Part shown: one piece after another, positions 7,469 through 16,011 of the stretch
How positions within the stretch are numbered: the first letter of the stretch is position 1
How the letters are laid out: the number at the start of each line of letters is the position of its first letter
Virus record (IMG/VR): IMGVR_UViG_3300029822_000864
Location: 1 to 27,863 of that record
Direction: 5' to 3' (one strand)
DNA: 27,863 bases
Source: a virus
Taxonomy: Duplodnaviria > Caudoviricetes
Notes under the pieces: model-generated
Databases searched by the model: none
Seen by the model: the letters and a program-made list of their open reading frames with translations, nothing else
What the model was told of the DNA's origin: nothing
Position numbers and translations under genes: made by a program

Positions 7469-10128
7469 TAGTCCTCCTCCTTTATCGGATGCGCTGTTCC
7501 GAGCGTGTACTTGCAGGTGTTTCCGGGATGAATGTTGTCATCGGAAATCAGACGGTACTCCCAGGACTTGTGGTCGGGATCGGCCGTTGTGGCGAAGGTA
7601 CACCAGCGAATGCCCTCGCGTGCCTTGGAGACGACTTCCTCATTGTTCACTTCGTTGAGTGCCTTGACCTCGACCATGTATTTGCCGGTCGTTGTCTCCA
7701 CGAGGAAGTCAGGGTTATACTGCTGTCCGGCCTTCCAGAACAGGCCGAGCTGGTTGAGCGGCGGCTTGATCCAGCGGATCACGTCCGGGTCCTCCTCGAG
7801 GATGATGGAGAATTGCCGCTCCGTGTCACTGTCGAAGGCGTTCGCCGGATAGTACGACTTTTTGTATCCCGTGAAGAGATACTTCTTGATGTTGCTCTTG
7901 TCCGTGAACGGCTTGTCGTAGCGCACCTGACCGTCTTTCTTCACGTTCTTCACGAATTTGCGGAATACGATGAGGTCCTTCTGGACGATGTGGACGTCCT
8001 GCGTCTTTCTGTCCATGTGTGCGTAGATCTGTTTTTTTATATCATTCACGATAAGTCCGGCGTAGCGGCGGACGATTTTCTTCTTTTCCTCCTCGTCGCC
8101 GGGTATCTGGGCAAGATACTGTTCCACGACGTCGATGATGAAGTCGGCGTCATCGTAGGAAAGCTCGCTGATGGAGTCGAGCAGCATGCACGCCAGCGTA
8201 TTCCGCGCATCCTCGACCTCGAGAGCCTGCGCGTCCACGACAGTGAGAAGGTGCTGGTTGATCGCGTCGAACCGCTCGATTTTCGCCGTGGCGATTTCAA
8301 AGTCCTGTATGGTACACTTCACTTCGAACCGGTTGAACTTCACCTCGGAGGTGGTCTGCACGAGGATCTTCGGCACGGAGATGGCTTTCGCCGAATACTC
8401 GGTGACTGTCTTCGTGAACTCTTCCTGCGTCATCGGACGTCTGCTGCCTGCCTTGTTTCCTGGGGCGGGTGCTGTGGCTGAATCCGGAGCTGTTGAGGCA
8501 GCCTGGGTTTCCCCGGTCTGCATGACTTCCGGCGCTACGTCAAAAAGACTCAGCTGATTCGGATCATCGGACTTCCTGTTCTTCTGCTGTGAAGCCATGA
8601 AGTTCTTCACATATGCCTGATAGATTTCAAGCTGCGTCTGTGGATTGCGCACCTGGTCGAAGGACTTGATTCCGGCTGCCGTGATTGCCTCGTCGACGAA
8701 CGAGAGCTGTCCCTCCTCGAAGGTACTCGATACGTCCACGGACTCCGAGTCCTCGACACCGGACTTGTCCAGGTCACGGTAGCGGAAGATGTCGCTGTTC
8801 CTGATCTCATCAACAAGCTCCCGGTAATGGTCGTGCGCCACGATATCAAGCGTGTCCAGATCCTCGTTGCCGGTCTGTTCGCCGAACGGGAGACGCAGTC
8901 CGCGTCCGATGGTCTGCATGGCGAGAATGTCGCTCTTAGCGGCGTTGAGCGGGATGATGGTGAACAGGTTGTTCACGTCCCATCCTTCCTTCAGCTTGTA
9001 GACATGAAGAACGATTTCTATCGGGTTCGCCGCGCTCTCGATGGAGAGAAGCAGGCGGACGTTCTCCTCGGATTCCTCGCCGGTCTGCTTCGAATGGATC
9101 TCGATGACCTTGCCCTTGTATTTTCCGTTCATGAAGTCGTCGCTGTCTATCAGGGCGCGGATTTTCTTCGCGTGTTCCGTGTCCTTGCAGGCTATAAGTA
9201 CGATTGGTTTCACATAGTCGAGCTCATTGTTGGCGCAGTATTCCCGCAGGACGGTCTTCCGATGCTCGTGCAGGGTGAGTCCGTCACGGATCTTCATCTC
9301 CTCGATGTCGTCCTGGCTGTATCCGGCGATGTTAGAGCGTCCCATGACGACGGGAATCTTCAGATACCCCTCGGCTGCTCCGCGCGCCACGTCATACGAA
9401 TAGATGACGTTTGACGGAGACTTCGGAGTGGCCGTGAATTCCAGTCCGAGAATCGGCCGCAGATAGTTGATGGCCTTCATGGACGCGGGAGCATAGTAGT
9501 GATGCGCCTCGTCCATGCAGATGACAAGGTCGTCAAACTGCGCCAGCACGTCCGCAAAGGATGCGCCGAGCGTCTCCTTGAACTTGTGGAAGTTGAACTG
9601 CGTGTCGGTCTTACTGTTAAATATCTTCCCGATGTTGAATATGAAAAGCTGAATCTCCGACGTGTGGTCGACAAACAGGGAGCCCTGCTCGTACTTGACC
9701 GGGTACTGGTCGTAGTTCTCGCCGTCCCAGACTCGCGGTCTGCCCATCTCGGCCTCGAGTCCCTTGAAGATGTACTTCGGATGCGCGGGATTGGACTCCT
9801 TGCGCAGTTTGTCGTAGATGGTGTTTCCGGGTGCAAGGATGAAGAAGTGCTTGTATCCCTTCGTCTTGTACAGATAGTAGATGCAGGCTCCCATCAGGCG
9901 CGTCTTGCCGATGCCGGTGGCCATGGCGTAGCAGAAGGACGGGAAGTCGAACTTCGTCCTGACCTTCCGGTTGTTCTCGCTGTATTCGGACGCGGCGGCC
10001 TCCACGGTTTCCTTGTCGTCGCGTTTGTAGTCGCAGTGGGTGCTGATGGCGTCGAGATAAGAGAGAGCTTCCTCCTGCGGCGTTCTCAGGCTCATGGCGT
10101 ATTTGATTTTCGATACCGTTCCTGACAT
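7468..10128 (-). CDS. res: Type III restriction enzyme Res subunit (helicase plus PD-(D/E)xK nuclease)
   Basis: MATGIGKT, DEAHH, TATP, LKEGWDV, QTIGRGLR; C-terminal YNPDF..........EVK; directly follows mod. Confidence 0.9.
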   Translation of the reverse strand: MSGTVSKIKYAMSLRTPQEEALSYLDAISTHCDYKRDDKETVEAAASEYSENNRKVRTKFDFPSFCYAMATGIGKTRLMGACIYYLYKTKGYKHFFILAPGNTIYDKLRKESNPAHPKYIFKGLEAEMGRPRVWDGENYDQYPVKYEQGSLFVDHTSEIQLFIFNIGKIFNSKTDTQFNFHKFKETLGASFADVLAQFDDLVICMDEAHHYYAPASMKAINYLRPILGLEFTATPKSPSNVIYSYDVARGAAEGYLKIPVVMGRSNIAGYSQDDIEEMKIRDGLTLHEHRKTVLREYCANNELDYVKPIVLIACKDTEHAKKIRALIDSDDFMNGKYKGKVIEIHSKQTGEESEENVRLLLSIESAANPIEIVLHVYKLKEGWDVNNLFTIIPLNAAKSDILAMQTIGRGLRLPFGEQTGNEDLDTLDIVAHDHYRELVDEIRNSDIFRYRDLDKSGVEDSESVDVSSTFEEGQLSFVDEAITAAGIKSFDQVRNPQTQLEIYQAYVKNFMASQQKNRKSDDPNQLSLFDVAPEVMQTGETQAASTAPDSATAPAPGNKAGSRRPMTQEEFTKTVTEYSAKAISVPKILVQTTSEVKFNRFEVKCTIQDFEIATAKIERFDAINQHLLTVVDAQALEVEDARNTLACMLLDSISELSYDDADFIIDVVEQYLAQIPGDEEEKKKIVRRYAGLIVNDIKKQIYAHMDRKTQDVHIVQKDLIVFRKFVKNVKKDGQVRYDKPFTDKSNIKKYLFTGYKKSYYPANAFDSDTERQFSIILEEDPDVIRWIKPPLNQLGLFWKAGQQYNPDFLVETTTGKYMVEVKALNEVNNEEVVSKAREGIRWCTFATTADPDHKSWEYRLISDDNIHPGNTCKYTLGTAHPIKEED

Positions 10129-11745
10129 TTACCGCACCTCGCTTTCAAAATTGCACTTGTCCAGGAGATCCTTCGGAATCTTCTTCACTTCGATGTTGTC
10201 CGGCAGCATCATGTCTGACTGGATCTTCGTAGCGTAGATCAGGAGAGACTGCCCCTCGTCCAGGTGCTGCGACAGAGAGCGGATGTACTCCGCGTTGACG
10301 AACTCCGTGGTCACATGGATGAACCGCTTCTCCGAGGAATGTCCGTGGAAGACGTCCTGCGGCCTGTACTTGAATCCCTCGATCTTGCAGATTGCCTCGC
10401 ACAGCATCTCGAACGTGTATGTCGGGTTGATCTGGTAGACCGGCAGCTTATCGTTCTTCACAAGCAGGCTCGGCGCAAGTTCGTAAAAGTGGTAACCGCC
10501 GCCGCCCTGCCATCCCACTTTTTGTGAAATGCCCGTTTCATCTCCATTTATTACATTGTCCATGCGTGTCTTGCAAAGTGTGTAGGCATGATCACCCATC
10601 TCAATTCCTATCCATCTGCGTTGCATTTTATGCGCTGTCGCTGTCGTGGAGCCGCTTCCCAAAAATGAATCAAGCACCCAATCGGTTTTATTCGAGAAAT
10701 ATCGTATTATCATCTCAATTAAAGCCTCTGGTTTTTTCCCACTTCGGAATTCAACACCTCCTTCATGTCGGCAATTACCGAAACTACCCGCAAGGTCATA
10801 AAAGCTGCCTATAGGCTTTTTCCTTTCTATTTTTTCGGATTCTAATTTGTCAATTGGCACGCCCTGATAATACTTACCCTTTGTAGCTCCTTGTCTTTTT
10901 GGGCCGGTGAAATACCTGTAATCATATCTGTCGTCACCTATCCCATAAACTTTATAAAGAACTCCGTAGCCATCCTCTTCATATCGACCATTAAGATAAT
11001 CTCTGAAAAACCTTCCAGATGAATTACCATCTAAAATTGTCCCTGTAGCCCATATTTCCTTTAGTCCATATTCATCACCTTCAGATTTTTTTATCACTTT
11101 GTATTCTTCCTTACTGAAGACTGTAACTCTTTTCCCGCCTAAAGTTATTTCTCTTCCAGACCCTTTTTCCTCTATCGCATATATGAATTTGTCATATCCA
11201 ACTTCATCATAATCGAAATTAGGTGTTGCTTCAGGAGTCCTTCTGTAAACGAGAACCTGTTCTATTTCCTTATGAAAATCCATGTCCGATTTCAGTGTTT
11301 TATCTGGATAACGAACACGAATATACATTGTCGTAAGATAATTTGATCTTCCAAAAATTTCATCCAGAACCACTTTCAAATAATGGCTTTCGGAATCATC
11401 AATATGACAACAGAGAAAACCGTCATCCGATAAAAGGCTGTGTAATAGCAGAAGACGTTTTCTCATTAAAGAAAGCCATATGCTGTGCTCCACATCATCA
11501 TCGTAATACTCGAATGCACTTCCCGTGTTGTACGGCGGATCGATGTATATGCATTTGATTTTCCCGGCGAAGTCCTGTTGCAGCGCCTGGAGCGCGATCA
11601 GGTTGTCGCCGTGGATGAGCATATTCTCGCTGTCCGGGTCGCCGTAGGATTTCTCCGGATCTTCCCGGAGGATGCGCGGCTCGACCGGCTTCTCCTCATC
11701 GTATTTGCCGACCCAGGTCAGCTCGAGTTTTCCTTTTTTCTGCAT
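10129..11745 (-). CDS. mod: Type III Mod subunit (beta-class amino-methyltransferase)
   Basis: LELTWVGK, IHGDNL, IYIDPPYNTG (motif IV) preceding KPE.L and LDSFLGSGST (motif I). Confidence 0.92.
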   Translation of the reverse strand: MQKKGKLELTWVGKYDEEKPVEPRILREDPEKSYGDPDSENMLIHGDNLIALQALQQDFAGKIKCIYIDPPYNTGSAFEYYDDDVEHSIWLSLMRKRLLLLHSLLSDDGFLCCHIDDSESHYLKVVLDEIFGRSNYLTTMYIRVRYPDKTLKSDMDFHKEIEQVLVYRRTPEATPNFDYDEVGYDKFIYAIEEKGSGREITLGGKRVTVFSKEEYKVIKKSEGDEYGLKEIWATGTILDGNSSGRFFRDYLNGRYEEDGYGVLYKVYGIGDDRYDYRYFTGPKRQGATKGKYYQGVPIDKLESEKIERKKPIGSFYDLAGSFGNCRHEGGVEFRSGKKPEALIEMIIRYFSNKTDWVLDSFLGSGSTTATAHKMQRRWIGIEMGDHAYTLCKTRMDNVINGDETGISQKVGWQGGGGYHFYELAPSLLVKNDKLPVYQINPTYTFEMLCEAICKIEGFKYRPQDVFHGHSSEKRFIHVTTEFVNAEYIRSLSQHLDEGQSLLIYATKIQSDMMLPDNIEVKKIPKDLLDKCNFESEVR

Positions 11746-11756
11746 ATCTCTATCTC

Positions 11757-14393
11757 CTAAAACTTCAGTACAACGCTGATCAGAAGGATGGGATTGTCAA
11801 TCTCAAGGCTGGCGTTGAACTCCCTGATTTCCCGCTCGCCCTCGGCTCTGAACCGGGTGTCCTGTTCATGGAACGATGCCTGGAACGCCTCGAGTTTCCT
11901 TTCCTTCTGCTCCGACTTTTTCCTGATGTCTATCTTTTCGTAGAAATTATTCGAGGCTCTTTCCTGTTCGCGGAGTTCCTCGATTTCCGCGCTCATCTCC
12001 TGGTACTGCACGACAAGCTGTTCGTTCTGGATGCGTATCCAGTTCTCGATCTTGCGCCGGTTGTATTCCCGTACCGGCTCTGACTGCCTGTCGAGCTTGT
12101 CCAGCATCTCGGAGACGAGGTTCTGGTACGTTCTCTGGAACAGCGCGTTTTCCTCATCAGTCGGCGTGAAATACCGCACGTCTGAGTCGTCGATCTTCTC
12201 CAGTTCCGGCACAAGGTCGTCCTCCTCGAAGTCGACATACCTGCCTTCATGGTCGCACATGAGAAGCACAGGGAAGAGGATGTCCGCATTGTTGCACATC
12301 GCGCCGAGGAACAGGTATCCGTGTGCGCCAATGTTCTGTTCACCCCAGCCGTCGACCTTCCAGTACTGGACGTCCCGGAACACCTCCGGCTGCGCGACTT
12401 TGCTCCAGTAGTCGACCTGCTGCAGGTAGCGGTCGATGTCCTTCTTCGTGCCTTCGAGTGCCTGCTTCTTTGCGCCGCTGCTTTCCGTGACCAGAATGTC
12501 GCGGAGCTTCTGCGCTTTCTTGTCGCGCTTTGCATCCAGCTTTCTGTTCAGCTTGTTGAACTCTTTCTTGAATTCAGCAGCCGTGTTGCATCGTTGATAG
12601 ATGTCCAGCACCGTCTTCTCGAAACTCGTGCCGGATTCCAGGGCTCCGATTGCAATGTCGGAGGCTCCGAACACGCCCTCGAAAAGCTTGAACTTCTCCG
12701 AGAGTATCTCGTAGACGCGCTTATCCGCCTCGTTCTGCGTATTCAGCAGGTTGATGGCGACCACGTCGTTCTGCTGCCCGTAGCGGTGGCAGCGGCCGAT
12801 TCGCTGCTCGATCTTCATCGGGTTCCACGGCAGGTCGTAGTTGATGACCGTGTTGCAGAACTGCAGGTTCAGACCTTCCGAGCCGGCGTCGGTGCATATG
12901 AGTATCTTCGCGTTCTCCCGGAAGTAGTCAACGATGGCGTGCTTGTATTCGACGCTTCTTCCGTAGTTCGCGTTTCCGTAGTTCTTCGCCTGCCACGCCT
13001 GGTATATTTCCTTCGACATGGCATCGTCGAATCCTCCGTTGAACAGAAGGATGTCTTCCTCGCTGTACCCGGATTTCCTGAGCTCTTCGGCGATGTATTT
13101 CTGTGTCCGCTTCGACTCGGTGAACACGACGGCTTTCTGCGCTATGCCGTGGTCGCGCTGGTAGGAGAATCCGATTTCAAGCGCCTGCTTGAGCGCGGTG
13201 ACCTTCGAGTTCGTCTTTATGCGCTTCGCCACTTCGATGATGGCGTTGACCTCGTCCAGTTCCGCCTGAATGTATGCCTTCTGTGTGGCAGTGTCCTCGT
13301 CCTCGGTCTCTTCGAAGCCGGATTCGTCGATCTCGTCCTCGACGAAACTCCAGAAGAGGTCGAAGCCCTCCTGCGCGTCCGCCGACTTCGTGCCTTCATA
13401 CAGCTTTTCGAGCCGCTTCTTCAGCACCTCGAATGTCTCGATCAGGGCGAAGCTGGATGAAGCCATGAGCTTGCGGATGACGAGGATGATCAGCGCCCGG
13501 TTGGATGTCGGTATCGAGTACAGGACATCCCTCTTGAGGAACAGGTTCACACGTTCGTAGAGTTCTATCTCGTCCCGCGACAGTTCGAAATCCACGGTTT
13601 TGCAGATACGCTTCACGAAGTGCATGTAGCCTGCCACGTCTTTACGAAGCGTCCTGTACAGGACGGGAGTGAGCTCGCGCTTCAAATCGTCGTAGTCTTC
13701 ATCCTTTATGTACCGCTGGCGGAACACCTTCTCCGAGCCGAAGATTCTCGGATCGATGAAGGAGACCAGACCGTACAGGTCCATGAGCGAGTTCTGCAGC
13801 GGTGTGGCTGTCAGGAGGATCTTCGGTATCCCGCCGGACAGCCCGAACAGACGCTTAGCGCGTTTCGTGCCATTCAGGTTGCGCAGGTTGTGCGCCTCGT
13901 CGATGATGAGGAAGTCCCACTTCACATCCGGGAAGCGTTTCATCAGTTTTCCCGAATAGTCGTAGGATGTGATGACAATCCGGACGCTCTGTCTGTCGGC
14001 GAGTTTCTTGTGCCAGTCCTCTGCGTCATGCTCAACCGTGAGCCTGTCCAGGATTACGGGTTTCAGGTCGAACTTCTCCTCGAGCTCCAGTTCCCACTGC
14101 TTGCGCAGGGATGCCGGGAGCGCAATCAGCACCGTCCTTGCTCCGGATTCCAGCATGTAGCGCAGGACGAGCCCGGCTTCGATTGTCTTTCCGAGTCCGA
14201 CCTCGTCAGCAAGCACCATGCCGCCTGTCTTCATGGCGTCGATTGCGGCGCAGAACGCGTTGATCTGGTGCGGGTTCGGATCGATGTGGGACTCGTTCGC
14301 AAGGAGGAAGTGGAACGGTGATTTCTCCAGTTCCATACGCTTGAACCTGCCGTACTGCTCGAGGAGCAGGTTTCCGTTTTCACTGCTTTCCAT
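11757..14393 (-). CDS. SNF2-family helicase (DrmD-like or type III RM-associated) with charged coiled-coil C-terminus
   Basis: PHQ, LADEVGLGKT, IIDEAHN, LTATPLQN, TDAGSEGLNLQ, YDLPWNP..IEQRIGRCHRYGQ. Confidence 0.88.
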   Translation of the reverse strand: MESSENGNLLLEQYGRFKRMELEKSPFHFLLANESHIDPNPHQINAFCAAIDAMKTGGMVLADEVGLGKTIEAGLVLRYMLESGARTVLIALPASLRKQWELELEEKFDLKPVILDRLTVEHDAEDWHKKLADRQSVRIVITSYDYSGKLMKRFPDVKWDFLIIDEAHNLRNLNGTKRAKRLFGLSGGIPKILLTATPLQNSLMDLYGLVSFIDPRIFGSEKVFRQRYIKDEDYDDLKRELTPVLYRTLRKDVAGYMHFVKRICKTVDFELSRDEIELYERVNLFLKRDVLYSIPTSNRALIILVIRKLMASSSFALIETFEVLKKRLEKLYEGTKSADAQEGFDLFWSFVEDEIDESGFEETEDEDTATQKAYIQAELDEVNAIIEVAKRIKTNSKVTALKQALEIGFSYQRDHGIAQKAVVFTESKRTQKYIAEELRKSGYSEEDILLFNGGFDDAMSKEIYQAWQAKNYGNANYGRSVEYKHAIVDYFRENAKILICTDAGSEGLNLQFCNTVINYDLPWNPMKIEQRIGRCHRYGQQNDVVAINLLNTQNEADKRVYEILSEKFKLFEGVFGASDIAIGALESGTSFEKTVLDIYQRCNTAAEFKKEFNKLNRKLDAKRDKKAQKLRDILVTESSGAKKQALEGTKKDIDRYLQQVDYWSKVAQPEVFRDVQYWKVDGWGEQNIGAHGYLFLGAMCNNADILFPVLLMCDHEGRYVDFEEDDLVPELEKIDDSDVRYFTPTDEENALFQRTYQNLVSEMLDKLDRQSEPVREYNRRKIENWIRIQNEQLVVQYQEMSAEIEELREQERASNNFYEKIDIRKKSEQKERKLEAFQASFHEQDTRFRAEGEREIREFNASLEIDNPILLISVVLKF

Positions 14394-15669
14394 CTGCGTC
14401 CTCCCCGTGAAGCTGTGCGAAAATTCCCTCGGCGATGCCTCTTGCCATCAGCGGCGGCACAGCGTTCCCAATCTGCACGAACTGCGATGTACGCGGTCCT
14501 TCGAAGTAGTAGCTGTCCGGAAATGACTGTATGCGCGCCGCCTCACGCACGGTGATGGAACGGTGCTGCCTGATGTCCGGGTGGATGAAGTAGTGGCCGT
14601 CCTTGGAAAGGTGCGCCAGTATTGTGTGGCAGCAGTGTTCGTCTCCCTCAACGACCTTGAAGCGGTCGGTGAAGGAGTGGCGGTTCTTGTGCGTCTTCAG
14701 TTCCTCGGGCAGGTCGTTGTAGTTGAGACGCTTGTGCCCGTCATTCCAGAGCTCTATGGCTCTTTCGTATATCTTTATGTCGCGGTCGATGTTCGGCCGG
14801 CAGTTCTGCAGGGTCAGGACGTCGTCCTTCGTGCGGATGCCGGTTTCGGTCACGTAGCTGCTCGGCTTTTTCTTCGAGTAGGTGTTGTTGCTTTCACCGG
14901 GATGGAGTTCCGGAAGGTCAGTGAACAGGTCGTTCACCACGGCCACGGACTTTTTGACCACGAAGTCCGGATATGCCAGGTCGCTGTTCTTGAGCCATCC
15001 GACGATGATCATTCTCCTCCGGTTCTGGAGCACCCCGAAGTCCTGCGCATTCTGCTCATGGCACTCGATTTTGTATCCGACGCGCCTGAGGTACTTCTGC
15101 AGGTTTTTCCAGATGGTGCCGCCCTGGGCGGATTCAATGCCGGTCACGTTCTCGAAGACGAACATGCGCGGCTGGTATTTCTTGAGGAATCGTGCGTAGA
15201 GCTTATAGAGGTAGTTGCGCGGGTCTTCCTCCATCGGAGTCTCCATATGGCTGCTCTGAGCTCTTCCTACGAGGGAGTAAGCCTGGCACGGCGGGCCGCC
15301 GACGACTACGTCTATCTTCTCGATGCCGCGTATCTTCATGATGCCGTCGATGGTCTTGAAGACGGCGGGGAGGGTTTCGTCAGACAGTGTCTCGTTGATG
15401 ACGGTTTTCGTGACGGAGGCGGGAATCTGCTTCATGAACTCGTCGCGGCTGATTTTCCCGGAGAGGTATTTCCTGTAGAGGGTGAGGTTGCCTGTGTTCT
15501 TCAGATAGTAGTATGCGCTGCGGGTTTCGAGCGTCTTCGCGGCGTACTCGTTCATCTCGACGTGCGCAACCGGACGGAAGCCTGCCTGGAGGAATCCCTC
15601 GGACAGGCCTCCGGCTCCCGCGAAGAGGTCTATGAAATTGTACGTGCTCTGCTTATCTGCCTGTGGCAT
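14380..15669 (-). CDS. dcm: DNA cytosine-5 methyltransferase (candidate DrmMII role)
   Basis: DLFAGAGG, GGPPCQ, FENV, Q.RRR, REAARIQSFPD, QIGNAVPP. Confidence 0.95.
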   Translation of the reverse strand: MPQADKQSTYNFIDLFAGAGGLSEGFLQAGFRPVAHVEMNEYAAKTLETRSAYYYLKNTGNLTLYRKYLSGKISRDEFMKQIPASVTKTVINETLSDETLPAVFKTIDGIMKIRGIEKIDVVVGGPPCQAYSLVGRAQSSHMETPMEEDPRNYLYKLYARFLKKYQPRMFVFENVTGIESAQGGTIWKNLQKYLRRVGYKIECHEQNAQDFGVLQNRRRMIIVGWLKNSDLAYPDFVVKKSVAVVNDLFTDLPELHPGESNNTYSKKKPSSYVTETGIRTKDDVLTLQNCRPNIDRDIKIYERAIELWNDGHKRLNYNDLPEELKTHKNRHSFTDRFKVVEGDEHCCHTILAHLSKDGHYFIHPDIRQHRSITVREAARIQSFPDSYYFEGPRTSQFVQIGNAVPPLMARGIAEGIFAQLHGEDADGKQ

Positions 15670-15717
15670 ACTTCTTCCTCACAATCTTCACCGCTCAATA
15701 GCATGCGGCATGGACAG

Positions 15718-16011
15718 TCAGTCCACCCGGCTCATGGACGCGCCTCTGTGTGACGTGCCATGGCTCCGTCTGGCGACGGTTCCTGTTTCCAAGGTTTCCT
15801 CTTCTTCCTGTACGGTTTCCGCGATATCGTTCAGGTCGACGTCAAGCGTGTTGCATATGCGGAGGAGCACATCGGTCGTGACGTTCTCGTCCTTGCCGAG
15901 CTTGGCGAGGGAGGATGAGCTGATTCCTGCGTCCTTGCGGAGGTCTGTGCGCTTCATGTCCCTGTCTATCAGCAGTTTCCACAGTTTCTTGTAGCTCATT
16001 TTTCTTTTCAT
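15718..16011 (-). CDS. Cro/C1-type (XRE) helix-turn-helix regulator
   Basis: SYKKLWKLLIDRDM...DL...AGISSSSLAKLGKDENV....L.RIC..L. ATG 16011 overlaps the upstream TGA (ATGA). Confidence 0.88.
   Translation of the reverse strand: MKRKMSYKKLWKLLIDRDMKRTDLRKDAGISSSSLAKLGKDENVTTDVLLRICNTLDVDLNDIAETVQEEEETLETGTVARRSHGTSHRGASMSRVD

Noticed and set aside
10129-11745. Phase-variable simple sequence repeats in mod
   Set aside because: No tandem tract seen; only short homopolymers expected in AT-rich sequence, and the frame is intact.
11757-14393. Assigning the symbol drmD to the SNF2 gene
   Set aside because: SNF2 genes also commonly precede mod-res, and orthology cannot be settled without HMM or phylogenetic analysis.
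15718-16011. XRE HTH as the phage CI repressor
   Set aside because: It is fourth in the operon, has no peptidase domain and sits directly before a methyltransferase, which fits an RM-associated regulator better; not fully excluded.
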